Counted from the first letter of the stretch, positions 18,953-27,547 are shown. The stretch: 64,000 bases of DNA from Bacteroidota bacterium (GCA_009786185.1 WQTS01000137.1:855-64854); one strand, 5' to 3'. Made by a program: numbers and translations. Notes: generated by a model from the sequence alone, not told the origin.

Positions 18953-19294
18953 TTAAAAACTCATTCTCATTTGTATGGCACGTTGTACCTGCGGAGCTAT
19001 TTGTTGGGTGTATAATAAACTGTAGGCTGCCCTTTCGTAGCTACCATTCAACTGCATTGCTTCGCCTATGTGCTTCATAAAAACTACCATTTCAATAATA
19101 GAGAAACTGAAATTGTAGATTTTTTGATATTTGTACGTTTTAGCTTCAAATCTTGCGTTTAACACCTCCAACGTTTCCTTTTCGTAAAGCGAACGTGCAT
19201 CGGCAACACTAAGATTGTATGAAGCGTAAAGAACATACGTTCTTATTACCTCGTACTCGGTTCGTGTGAGCCTTATTTTAATCTTTGTTGCCAT
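18953..19294 (-). CDS. hypothetical phage protein
   Basis: 113-aa ORF, co-directional with and tightly spaced among its neighbours. Confidence 0.3.
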   Translation of the reverse strand: MATKIKIRLTRTEYEVIRTYVLYASYNLSVADARSLYEKETLEVLNARFEAKTYKYQKIYNFSFSIIEMVVFMKHIGEAMQLNGSYERAAYSLLYTQQIAPQVQRAIQMRMSF

Positions 19295-19300
19295 AACTTT

Positions 19301-19717
19301 TTAATTATTCCATAATTCAGCATTCAAATACGTTTCCGCATATTTTTTGCGCGTTCCGTCGGGAATAGAAGAAAAATACTTCCCAATAAACCGGTAGGCT
19401 TTCACACGCTCCGTTTCCCGCATTCTATTCCATTTTATAAGCGTTTTTTTCTTGCTGCTATTCAGTTTGTCATCATAGCGTTTCCAAAACATGTCAAAGG
19501 TAACGTCCTGCATCATTTCGGTTACCGTTACCGTATCGTATTGCTTATAAAGTCCAAGTGCATGAACATTAGCCGGAATGTTTTTTAAAAACCATTTTTG
19601 TGCGTCCTCACTAATATTGGTTTCTAAAAAACAAATACCTTTAAATTTGTCTGATTCATCGAATTTCAATTCGATATATCCCTCAAACCTGGTGGATGTG
19701 ATGTGGAATATTTTCAT
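19301..19717 (-). CDS. hypothetical phage protein
   Basis: 138 aa. The C-terminal FDMFWKRYDDK...KKKTLIKWNRM...AETYLNAELWNN resembles a motif common in phage replication-region proteins. Confidence 0.35.
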   Translation of the reverse strand: MKIFHITSTRFEGYIELKFDESDKFKGICFLETNISEDAQKWFLKNIPANVHALGLYKQYDTVTVTEMMQDVTFDMFWKRYDDKLNSSKKKTLIKWNRMRETERVKAYRFIGKYFSSIPDGTRKKYAETYLNAELWNN

Positions 19718-19998
19718 AATATTATTAATTTTAGTTTAAGTTCTTGCGCAATATGGTATTCTAATTTTGCTCCTCTGCTTTCTGCCCAGTCCGGCAACAA
19801 ATAAATGGCATCGCATTGCGCCAGCTGCTCTATACATTTTTTCATACACTTTTCCCAACTCCACGACTGCGAAACCAACCGGATCGGATTAACAACAGTA
19901 TGGCCGGCCCGTTTTAATTCAAATTCCTTTGCGTTGAATTTGATAAAAACGTCTTGAAAACTAAGTCCTGAAATTTTGCCGGCGAGATAGACTTTCAT
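19714..19998 (-). CDS. DUF4406-like protein (nucleoside 2-deoxyribosyltransferase-like fold)
   Basis: 94 aa. MKVYLAGKISG ... CDAIYLLPDWAESRGAKLEYHIAQEL matches the DUF4406 pattern as I recall it. Confidence 0.6.
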   Translation of the reverse strand: MKVYLAGKISGLSFQDVFIKFNAKEFELKRAGHTVVNPIRLVSQSWSWEKCMKKCIEQLAQCDAIYLLPDWAESRGAKLEYHIAQELKLKLIIL

Positions 19999-20228
19999 TG
20001 TTTATACTTTTTACACTTTCTAAAATCGCTAATCTTAATAAATTTATAAAAGCGAAATTCGTGGTACCACTTCTTTTCGTCATTCTTTTTATACTTTTGA
20101 TATAAAGCGCAATTTTTCCTATTTATACATATCTCAGACCCTTTCTTGAAATTGTAATAAAATCCCAAACAACAATCCATTGATTTGTTATGCTCTTGCA
20201 CTATATTAGCCCAAATCTTTGTTTTCAT
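19995..20228 (-). CDS. 77-aa Lys/Cys-rich protein
   Basis: It has five Cys and many Lys residues. Its start overlaps the stop of the radical-SAM gene by 23 nt. Confidence 0.35.
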   Translation of the reverse strand: MKTKIWANIVQEHNKSMDCCLGFYYNFKKGSEICINRKNCALYQKYKKNDEKKWYHEFRFYKFIKISDFRKCKKYKQ

Positions 20229-21057
20229 ATTGTATCATTTTTAGTTTTGTAGCCTTAATTTCAGGTATTACCCAATCTCTTTGGAATCTTCTCCATGTTT
20301 CGTCATATTTACCTTCAAAATCCCTATAAAGCATCGCAAAAGGAAAAAATCCTGCTTTCCATGCTTGTACTAATCTTTTTTCAGCTTTTTCAAAGGTATC
20401 TCCTTTATGCCCGATGAGCACGTAACAGCACACCGTGTGGCTATTATTTTTAAAACCTGCATTTCTCAAAAAAATACCTGCTTGTATGAGAGGATCGAAA
20501 TCATTTTTCGTATCATAAGCAAAAAATAACGAAGACGGTTTAAGTTCCTTTAACTTGAATGCCATTTCTTGTGTTAATAATTTTGCCTCCAAACCGCCTG
20601 TAAATTTTGGTTTATTTTTCTGCCTTTTTAGCATTTCAAAAACGGCGTTTATATGATGTTCAGAACATGCAAGTAAATTATCATCCTGAATAATATAACC
20701 ATCAACAATCGGCAATTCTATTAAATCGCCTTGTACTTTATGAACATTACAGAACCAACATTTATTCGGGCAGCCTCGCGAAGTAATCACATATCCTTTT
20801 TTCAGATACAATCCGGGCACAAACTCTCCACCTGGTTGTCCAAATGCAACACCGCCTATCTTTGTGTTAAATCCTGCCCATCGCCATTGATTATACAAAT
20901 ATTCTGCACGCCTTAAATCCCACGTGAATGTAACAGATACATGTACTTCATCGGCTTCATCAAATATCACAGGCTTGCAGTTAATCCTTACGTTCTCATC
21001 GTCCGGAGTTGCTTTTGTTTTTCGAGGAAACACACGAATAATACGCTTATCTGTCAT
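20206..21057 (-). CDS. radical-SAM protein (family unassigned)
   Basis: A CxxxCxxC cluster is present in SRGCPNKCWFCNV, about 95 aa from the N-terminus. 283 aa. Confidence 0.7.
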   Translation of the reverse strand: MTDKRIIRVFPRKTKATPDDENVRINCKPVIFDEADEVHVSVTFTWDLRRAEYLYNQWRWAGFNTKIGGVAFGQPGGEFVPGLYLKKGYVITSRGCPNKCWFCNVHKVQGDLIELPIVDGYIIQDDNLLACSEHHINAVFEMLKRQKNKPKFTGGLEAKLLTQEMAFKLKELKPSSLFFAYDTKNDFDPLIQAGIFLRNAGFKNNSHTVCCYVLIGHKGDTFEKAEKRLVQAWKAGFFPFAMLYRDFEGKYDETWRRFQRDWVIPEIKATKLKMIQYENKDLG

Positions 21058-21068
21058 TGTTTGTTTCT

Positions 21069-21686
21069 CTAATCAATTGAACTGAAATTAAGGTCAATAT
21101 TTTGGTATTTACCGTTTCCATCTTTTACCCAAACACGGAAATACGTTTTTGAATCAGGACGACGAATTGACTGCTCAAGCAATGTCATAGCATCTTGGAA
21201 CGTTTCGTCTTGTATTTTTGACCGATATTTTAAAAGCCCCATTACCTTTTTTGTATCTAACTTTCCACGAGAGGTCGTAAAGGCATCCGTTACAAGTTCC
21301 TTTGCAAATTCCGCTTTCCCCTGAATGTTTTCGCTAAGGAACTTATCAAATTTTTCTTTACTGGCTTTTATTGTCAAATCATCAAAATCAATGCGTTCGT
21401 TTATTGCAACTTCAATTTTTATTGACCTGTCAAAATTAAACCAGGTGTAATTTCCTTTTGCATCTGTTTTTGCTCCTTTTTCTGCCATGGCCGCAGCATA
21501 GATTTCATTACAAACCTTTCTTAATTCCAATTTGAATTCTGAAAGTTGCTTGTTTAGGGAGGTCGCTTTTTTTACAATAGCTGAAGACTTGTTCTCCATA
21601 AGTCTTTCTAATTTTGTGATGCGTGATACAGGGATTTGCACACCTGCTTCATCTGTCCACATACTGTCTTTTGTTGTGTGTATCAT
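21069..21686 (-). CDS. DUF3164-like Mu-type early protein
   Basis: 205 aa. AKGNYTWFNFDRSIKIEV ... FQDAMTLLEQSI ... YFRVW ... YQNIDLNFS follows the DUF3164 pattern seen in Mu-like phages. Confidence 0.55.
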   Translation of the reverse strand: MIHTTKDSMWTDEAGVQIPVSRITKLERLMENKSSAIVKKATSLNKQLSEFKLELRKVCNEIYAAAMAEKGAKTDAKGNYTWFNFDRSIKIEVAINERIDFDDLTIKASKEKFDKFLSENIQGKAEFAKELVTDAFTTSRGKLDTKKVMGLLKYRSKIQDETFQDAMTLLEQSIRRPDSKTYFRVWVKDGNGKYQNIDLNFSSID

Positions 21687-21699
21687 AACTATTACGGTT

Positions 21700-21933
21700 T
21701 TAATTGTTACTAAATTCTTTTATGCTTTTTCTTTTTGGCAAGTATTTTGCCTTGTTTTTACGCTGTTTGTTTATTGCACTGTCAAGGCAAATGCGCACAA
21801 TGGCGTTACCTGACTGTAGGAGTCTTGCCGCTTTTAAATGGGCAAGGTTGCCCATAATGCCGCCACATGGCATTCCATCGGACGCAATGAAATCAAGGCG
21901 GCTTTTGTTTGGATAATAATCTGCTGTTGTCAT
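21700..21933 (-). CDS. hypothetical phage protein
   Basis: 77-aa ORF in the operon orientation. Confidence 0.3.
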   Translation of the reverse strand: MTTADYYPNKSRLDFIASDGMPCGGIMGNLAHLKAARLLQSGNAIVRICLDSAINKQRKNKAKYLPKRKSIKEFSNN

Positions 21934-21944
21934 AATTTTATGAT

Positions 21945-22118
21945 TTAAAGGATTGATAATTGTCTGGTATATTTATACTTTTCTATTAGTTTTTGTAGAT
22001 AAAAGTTGGCAGTATCATATAGGGGGGGGCAAATAATGACCCTTTTGCGCGCATCAATTTTAAAGCCATCACTTTTGGCTTTCCGGTGTAAATAATAGCG
22101 AGTGTATTTCTTTTCCAT
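21945..22118 (-). CDS. 57-aa hypothetical protein containing a C8 homopolymer (not in the ORF track)
   Basis: My own translation: MEKKYTRYYLHRKAKSDGFKIDARKRVIICPPLYDTANFYLQKLIEKYKYTRQLSIL. It fills the gap between two genes. A G8 run lies on the + strand at 22022-22029. Confidence 0.3.
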   Translation of the reverse strand: MEKKYTRYYLHRKAKSDGFKIDARKRVIICPPLYDTANFYLQKLIEKYKYTRQLSIL

Positions 22119-22129
22119 AACTAATGATT

Positions 22130-22519
22130 TTATTGTTTTGATAAAATAGCCTCCAATTTTTTACGCAACTCATTCAACTCTTTTAAACTCAAATGGTAAA
22201 GCCTTTTTCCATTGCAGATTTTACGACTTTCCAAATAAGCATTTACATCTTTCCAGTTTGTTGTATCTATACCCAATTTTTGCATCACTTTCAATACACC
22301 ACTACGGGCTTTTTTTATGGCGACATTGTCATTAATCGCTTTGTCCATTGTTTGGAGCATTTCTAAATACAGGGTAGGGCACAGTTCGTAGAATTCGCTC
22401 AAAGAAGTAGTACCGCCTTCGCTCCATTCAAAAACAAGTTCTTCTTTTGTACATCCAGGCATTTGTTTTAATAAAGCAAAGAACCGGCTGTGGCTGGGTT
22501 TGGTTTTTACGGTGCTCAT
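22130..22519 (-). CDS. GemA-like (Mu gp16 / DUF1018-like) protein
   Basis: 129 aa. Its position and the C-terminal pattern (KKARSGVLKVMQKLGIDTTNWKDVNAYLE...LSLKELNELRKKLE) support the call. Confidence 0.5.
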   Translation of the reverse strand: MSTVKTKPSHSRFFALLKQMPGCTKEELVFEWSEGGTTSLSEFYELCPTLYLEMLQTMDKAINDNVAIKKARSGVLKVMQKLGIDTTNWKDVNAYLESRKICNGKRLYHLSLKELNELRKKLEAILSKQ

Positions 22520-23355
22520 GATTCGTTAAATATGTTATAATCTCTGCTTACACAATTGCTCGGTAAATCTTCGCGGCTAACACCGGCAATACTCAATAAG
22601 GAATCTTTAAAATATACCTTTGGGGGATTTACCTGTGTGCGCGTAAACCAATTCACACTTCCCATAAATGCCCTTGCTTCAATTGGACTGTATTTTTTAC
22701 CACTCTCTAAACCGATTTTATACAAATTGGTAAAGGGTGCGGTTTGGCGTATCATTTCCTTACTGCTTTTAAAGTCAATGATAGGTTCAATTGAAGCCCA
22801 AACCTTAAATCCGACATCATGTAATTTTTTCATCGCTTCGATTCGTTCAGTATTTGTAGAAGCATTAGGTTCAAGCTCATCGTGTCCGGTAAGCGTAAAT
22901 CCGAAAGCAATAAAATCTATAATACTATCAACCTCTATTCTTCTTTCTCTGTAAGCATTAATCCCATTCAATAGGATTTTTACCCAACTGGCACGTTTTG
23001 TTAGGATCTTACATTTCACATTGTTTTTTGCTGCTATACAAATAGCATCCCAAGTTAACTCTATCGTTCCTTTTAACATAGGATCGGTAGTGAATGAGAA
23101 AAATAATCCATGTTTTTGCAATTCAGGCAAATTTGCTTTTAGCTCTTTTTCAAAAACTTCGATGGCGTGTTCTCTATTTTTAAAACAGGCCTTTAATGTC
23201 GGCAAAATACCCCATGTATGTGCCATTATACCACGTTTGCAGTAACAATAATGGCAGTTGTGCGAGCAACCGGTGTAGAAGTTGCAAGCCCAATAGCTAT
23301 ACTCTCCGGCTTTTCCTGAGGGGTTGTAAATTGCTCTTCCTTTAAACTGTTTCAT
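22516..23355 (-). CDS. radical-SAM protein (SplB/COG1533-like motif context)
   Basis: A CxxxCxxC cluster is present in NFYTGCSHNCHYCYC near the N-terminus. 279 aa. Confidence 0.7.
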   Translation of the reverse strand: MKQFKGRAIYNPSGKAGEYSYWACNFYTGCSHNCHYCYCKRGIMAHTWGILPTLKACFKNREHAIEVFEKELKANLPELQKHGLFFSFTTDPMLKGTIELTWDAICIAAKNNVKCKILTKRASWVKILLNGINAYRERRIEVDSIIDFIAFGFTLTGHDELEPNASTNTERIEAMKKLHDVGFKVWASIEPIIDFKSSKEMIRQTAPFTNLYKIGLESGKKYSPIEARAFMGSVNWFTRTQVNPPKVYFKDSLLSIAGVSREDLPSNCVSRDYNIFNES

Positions 23356-23356
23356 A

Positions 23357-23701
23357 TTATTTGTTTTCTAAAATTGCTAATAATTCATCTAATAATGCGC
23401 TTTCAGCGGATTCGTAATCACTTGAACTTGCTGCATCATAACTTGTTCTTGGTTTCAACCTTCTTTCTCCTACATCTGTAACTTGCGGCACTTGGTATCT
23501 ACCCATGTAAGTAGGTGAAACTACATCAAAGAATGTTACGCTATTTTTTATTTCTTTTTCATCTCTAATCCACTTTAATGCAAGTGCAACCGTAGGTCTA
23601 ATGCTTTCAAGCGCCCAATACCAATCAAACCCTAATTTCTTAAGTCTTTTAAATTGTTCTTCTGTTACTAATTGCAGTCTGTTTTCTATTCCGTATTTCA
23701 T
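23357..23701 (-). CDS. hypothetical phage protein
   Basis: The start was moved to MKYGIENR (ATG at 23701) because the track start at 23830 overlaps the upstream gene by 119 nt. Confidence 0.35.
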   Translation of the reverse strand: MKYGIENRLQLVTEEQFKRLKKLGFDWYWALESIRPTVALALKWIRDEKEIKNSVTFFDVVSPTYMGRYQVPQVTDVGERRLKPRTSYDAASSSDYESAESALLDELLAILENK

Positions 23702-23711
23702 AATTCTAACT

Positions 23712-24320
23712 TTAAATATTACCCCAATATTTCTCTGCCCGTTCCGGACACACATCAATCGGCTCTCCGCCACCATATCGACTAACCGGAAACGCCCTGT
23801 GTCCTTCAACACGAAAAACACAGTTAGCATCGCGCTGGATCCTGCGCGCAGTATTACCGTCCGGATTCATTCCCTTTACATGGCTGATGTAAACAAATAA
23901 CTTGTCATTAAAGGAGTGTTTTAATTTCTTGTATTGCTGAAAATTCATCTCTGCAAACTGCACAGAATCAATAATGATAATATCGGCAGAGCGTTGCTTT
24001 TTTAATCGCTTGGGTAAATCGTTTACATCCTCTTTGTCCAAAAACAAAACCCCTTTTGAATCTATCAAACCGGTACGCTCAATAGCCATTTTAATAGTAA
24101 GGCTTAATCCCTCTTCAATGGAATTGTATAGCACGTTTCCAAAGCCGGAGAGATACTTTGCCAACATCATCGCAAAAGATGTTTTCCCATTTTTGGGCGG
24201 CCCATATATAAACCATGTGCCGGTTAGCTCCGGTTTGCCCACAGCAGCCAACCAATCGCCTGTAAAGTCAAGCGTGTTGAAATTTGTGGTCATGATATTA
24301 TGTACGGTTAAGGCACGCAT
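23712..24320 (-). CDS. small RecA-fold P-loop ATPase
   Basis: Walker A is in IYGPPKNGKTSF and Walker B in ADIIIIDSV. About 200 aa. An alternative start is at 24293. Confidence 0.55.
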   Translation of the reverse strand: MRALTVHNIMTTNFNTLDFTGDWLAAVGKPELTGTWFIYGPPKNGKTSFAMMLAKYLSGFGNVLYNSIEEGLSLTIKMAIERTGLIDSKGVLFLDKEDVNDLPKRLKKQRSADIIIIDSVQFAEMNFQQYKKLKHSFNDKLFVYISHVKGMNPDGNTARRIQRDANCVFRVEGHRAFPVSRYGGGEPIDVCPERAEKYWGNI

Positions 24321-24321
24321 G

Positions 24322-25206
24322 TTAGGCTATTTTTCTAATTTCTTTATAAATACGTCTCAGGCTTGGCATACCATCCTCGCCAAGCGTGCTTTTTAGCAAT
24401 TTGGGAACATCCACATTGTCCGGTGCATTTGCCTTAATAATCATTGCCGCCGTTTGGTTCATAAAGTTTCGGCTGTCCTCTTTTCCTGCCGGTATTACCT
24501 GTCCGAACCTTTTCCCGAACCGGCTAAATACTTCCGTATAGCCTACCTTTTTACAGTCAATAGAGCGGCGTATTTTTTCCTTCAAACCGTCGGCGCCCAT
24601 CATATAGTAACCGCACGTCATTTCGGTGGCGTTCCAAAGGGCTTTTATCTCCAAAAAGGCATCGTATTGCAAGTCGCCGGCTTCATCAAGAATAATAAGG
24701 GGATTGGGCAGCGTTTTGAGGTAAAACACCAAGTCCTCGTAAACGTCCGAATATTTTCCGGTACTGCCCACCCCAAATTCTTTAGCAATGTAGCGTATCA
24801 GTTTTTGTTTGCTTTTCACTTGCGAACAATCCACGTAAATGGCGTTTTTGTGGGTTTTTACATAGTGTTGTGCCGTGAATGTCTTACCTATATCCGAAAG
24901 GTCGCACAAAAGCGCGGAAAGGCTCTCTTTTTGGCATGTTTCTAACTGTGCCGTGATAAATTGAAACACCGGTGTGTTTACTGCCTTCCAGTCCGGTGCG
25001 TTGCTTAGGTTAACGTCCAATTTACGTGCAATCGTTACCCAGTTGGCATCGCTCAATACCTTTTCTGTTTCGCCCTTCATTATTCTGCTGAACTGCGCAG
25101 CTGAAATACCAAGCGAGGTGGCAAGTTTCGTATCGGATCCTCCAAACGTGGTGCGGCGTTCTTTTAACGCTTCTAAAATTCTGTTTTTAAATTCTAATGT
25201 AATCAT
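24322..25206 (-). CDS. MuB-like AAA ATPase (transposition target-capture protein) with an N-terminal HTH
   Basis: The HTH is LATSLGISAAQFSRIMKG, Walker A is DLSDIGKTF and Walker B is LIILDEAGD. The gene lies immediately downstream of the transposase gene. Confidence 0.7.
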   Translation of the reverse strand: MITLEFKNRILEALKERRTTFGGSDTKLATSLGISAAQFSRIMKGETEKVLSDANWVTIARKLDVNLSNAPDWKAVNTPVFQFITAQLETCQKESLSALLCDLSDIGKTFTAQHYVKTHKNAIYVDCSQVKSKQKLIRYIAKEFGVGSTGKYSDVYEDLVFYLKTLPNPLIILDEAGDLQYDAFLEIKALWNATEMTCGYYMMGADGLKEKIRRSIDCKKVGYTEVFSRFGKRFGQVIPAGKEDSRNFMNQTAAMIIKANAPDNVDVPKLLKSTLGEDGMPSLRRIYKEIRKIA

Positions 25207-25224
25207 TGTATTGGTGTTTTAGGT

Positions 25225-27216
25225 TTATAATTGTGCTAATGCTAATTCGGCATAATCCCCTACAAATTCGTATTCATCGTAATTTTCCACCGGTGCCGAC
25301 TCCACAATCTCCACCGGAACGGCCACGATGGTGCGGGAGGTAATCGCATCCATCACGCCGACCTGTGGAATATAGTTTCGTATCTCTTTAATATTTTTGT
25401 CAAATTTGGCAATGCGTCCGTGCTGATACAGCATATTTTCGCGATCGGCATCTGTACGTTCAACAGCACATTCATTGTATGATTTGAGCGCCCTGTTGGT
25501 AGCTTCACCGATATACATTTCATCCTGGTATAGATAAACCGTTTCAACCGATCCGCTTTCAGTCGGTAGCCAATAGGCTTCCACTTTGCGGTTGTTTGGT
25601 TTTAGTTTGCGCAGGCAATTCAAGTCCGCCAGTTCAAAGGTTTCGTTGTTTGCCATTACGTAATCGTTGTTGTAAATCGTGCAATCCTGTACGTTACCAA
25701 TATAGCGGTACAGTTTCCATTTTTCAATGGCTGTTAGTTCAGGATTAACAAACTTCATAAACACTTCTTTGCGGGTCATTCCCGGAAAGGTATTTTGCAG
25801 CGGGTGTAATTCGTTGTTGTGAGCTTCTATATCTGCCAGGTCATCGGCAACAATGGTTTGCGGTTGAAATTCCGGCTCCACAAAGTCGCCATCCACTTTA
25901 TTACGAACTACGCTATACGCTTCATGTTTTGCATACCAACGTCCGCGTGAGTGCCCGGCTTTTTTAGAGGATCCGTATTTCAATGCCTTTATAGCATGCT
26001 CAGCGCGTTTTTCCGTTGGGCTGTTGCAAAAACGAATGTGCGGAAATACGGAATTTAACCAGGCGAAGTTTTTCATTAAAAAGTGCTCAACCTCAAGTTC
26101 TGCCGGAGATGGCAACCCTAATTCATCCAACTCACAAAACATATTCCGAAACGCTTCATATACGGTGTCGGCAGTAGGACGGCCCACTATGTACGCAGGA
26201 CGGAACCAGTAACCGCTTACCACATCAACAGCCATATAACTGTTAACCCAACCCCGCACGCTTTTACGGCTCAGCGTTCTGTCATCCATCGAAATTTTAC
26301 TTAATGAGTATTTTCCATTGTGGCGGTTGTGTTTGGGGCGCATTTTGGTATTGTAATCAAAATTGCCGTTTCTATCCATATACACCGCCGTATTATTCAA
26401 TACATCTTTTAGATAGTTCCAAACTGTACCTACAGAAATGTCAAGTGGTCTGCCTTTATATTGGAAATCTTCCGGGAAGAAACACTCACCGCTTTTTTTA
26501 TCGTAAAACTCCTTATTGCCATTAACAAAATCCAAATAATCAGCATGCACGCCTTCAACAAATGGCTTGTCTGTTTTGCGCCACAACGCCAATAAAAGAT
26601 GCTCTGCCGACTTGGATACCTTCCGGGAGGAATCGTTGCCCAACTGACCGTGTAAAATTGACCTGTAACCGTCGTTTAAAAACGCTTTAAACTCCCTTTC
26701 AAAGGTGCGAACATTGCTAACCGGTTTCACGTCATACTCAACACACCTTTCTTTATACCACTCAAAGTTCGCTCTCCAAAGTTTCTCTTTTTTGATTCTG
26801 CCGCCCGATTTTGCCAAATGCTGATTCTGCCGGTGCCAGCCATCCTTTACACCCTTTAAAACGGAAGCCTTAAACGTATATTTATCAACCTGATCGTCCG
26901 TGAGCGTTTTGCCGTCCTGCTTTTTAAACATTTCATAAAAGGCGCGGGCCTGCTGATCAATCTCGACGGAATAAGTAGGTTGTATTTCTTCTTTTTTGGT
27001 AATAGTTGTATTTACATCGCCGAACTTGGCTTGGATAACAGCCTTACGATTAGGTTGTAAACTGTGGTAATTAATGAGAGTTTGATTGTATAATGACCTG
27101 CGAACTATTTGTAAAAGTCCTTTTCTACTATCATTATGAAGCTGATCTTCGCTCAATCCGGCATCCAACCAGTTTGCTTTTGTAATTACCGTAAAACCGT
27201 TATACTCAAAATACAT
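25225..27216 (-). CDS. MuA-like DDE transposase
   Basis: 663 aa. It has an rve-like core (ISMDDRTL, AVDVVSG, LEVEHF as candidate DDE residues) and sits between the Ner-like and MuB-like genes. Confidence 0.75.
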   Translation of the reverse strand: MYFEYNGFTVITKANWLDAGLSEDQLHNDSRKGLLQIVRRSLYNQTLINYHSLQPNRKAVIQAKFGDVNTTITKKEEIQPTYSVEIDQQARAFYEMFKKQDGKTLTDDQVDKYTFKASVLKGVKDGWHRQNQHLAKSGGRIKKEKLWRANFEWYKERCVEYDVKPVSNVRTFEREFKAFLNDGYRSILHGQLGNDSSRKVSKSAEHLLLALWRKTDKPFVEGVHADYLDFVNGNKEFYDKKSGECFFPEDFQYKGRPLDISVGTVWNYLKDVLNNTAVYMDRNGNFDYNTKMRPKHNRHNGKYSLSKISMDDRTLSRKSVRGWVNSYMAVDVVSGYWFRPAYIVGRPTADTVYEAFRNMFCELDELGLPSPAELEVEHFLMKNFAWLNSVFPHIRFCNSPTEKRAEHAIKALKYGSSKKAGHSRGRWYAKHEAYSVVRNKVDGDFVEPEFQPQTIVADDLADIEAHNNELHPLQNTFPGMTRKEVFMKFVNPELTAIEKWKLYRYIGNVQDCTIYNNDYVMANNETFELADLNCLRKLKPNNRKVEAYWLPTESGSVETVYLYQDEMYIGEATNRALKSYNECAVERTDADRENMLYQHGRIAKFDKNIKEIRNYIPQVGVMDAITSRTIVAVPVEIVESAPVENYDEYEFVGDYAELALAQL

Positions 27217-27237
27217 TTTACTTTTTTGTTCTTTTTA

Positions 27238-27263
27238 GCTCCCGCTCCGGAGTCGAACCGGAG
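27238..27263 (-). other. tRNA 3'-end-like fragment (T-arm plus acceptor strand)
   Basis: The minus strand reads TCCGG-TTCGACT-CCGGA-GCGGGAG-C: a 5-bp T stem, a 7-nt loop of GTTCGAnTC type, a 7-nt acceptor strand and a discriminator. No matching 5' half lies upstream. Confidence 0.3.
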
Positions 27264-27322
27264 AAAAACCATTCGGGAAAATTTGTGTAATTTCGCGTTG
27301 CCAAACTTTAAAATTTACACGT

Positions 27323-27547
27323 ATGGATGAAAACTTGTTTTTACACTTTGAAAGCATAGGCGCGCTATCCGGATTAACAGAACTACAGCTAAGCAAATTT
27401 GAGTTTGCCTGCGAAAAAGCAGTAGAAGAAAATCCGAATCTTGGTTTTGATGATCTGTGCATTGCTTGTGGGGTTTACCTTAACTTTATTATTAGTTTTC
27501 CTGAGCTTGATCTGGGACCGGTTCTGAAGCAAATTGAACATCATTAG
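27323..27547 (+). CDS. 74-aa strongly acidic ORF antisense to the early operon (doubtful)
   Basis: 13 Asp+Glu versus 3 Lys and no Arg. It occupies a 275-nt stretch with no minus-strand ORF, and its 3' end overlaps the next minus-strand gene. Confidence 0.25.
   Translation: MDENLFLHFESIGALSGLTELQLSKFEFACEKAVEENPNLGFDDLCIACGVYLNFIISFPELDLGPVLKQIEHH

Noticed and set aside
24454-24945. 163-aa + strand ORF inside the MuB-like gene, and similar antisense ORFs (22556-22954, 23021-23245, 23974-24396, 3055-3486, 5803-6180, 7009-7278)
   Set aside because: They are embedded antisense in genes with clear motifs or operon logic. None has independent support.
27238-27340. Complete tRNA gene
   Set aside because: Only a T-arm plus an acceptor-like 3' strand is present. 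No 5' acceptor strand (CTCCCGC), D-arm or anticodon arm lies upstream, so it is reported only as a fragment-like motif.
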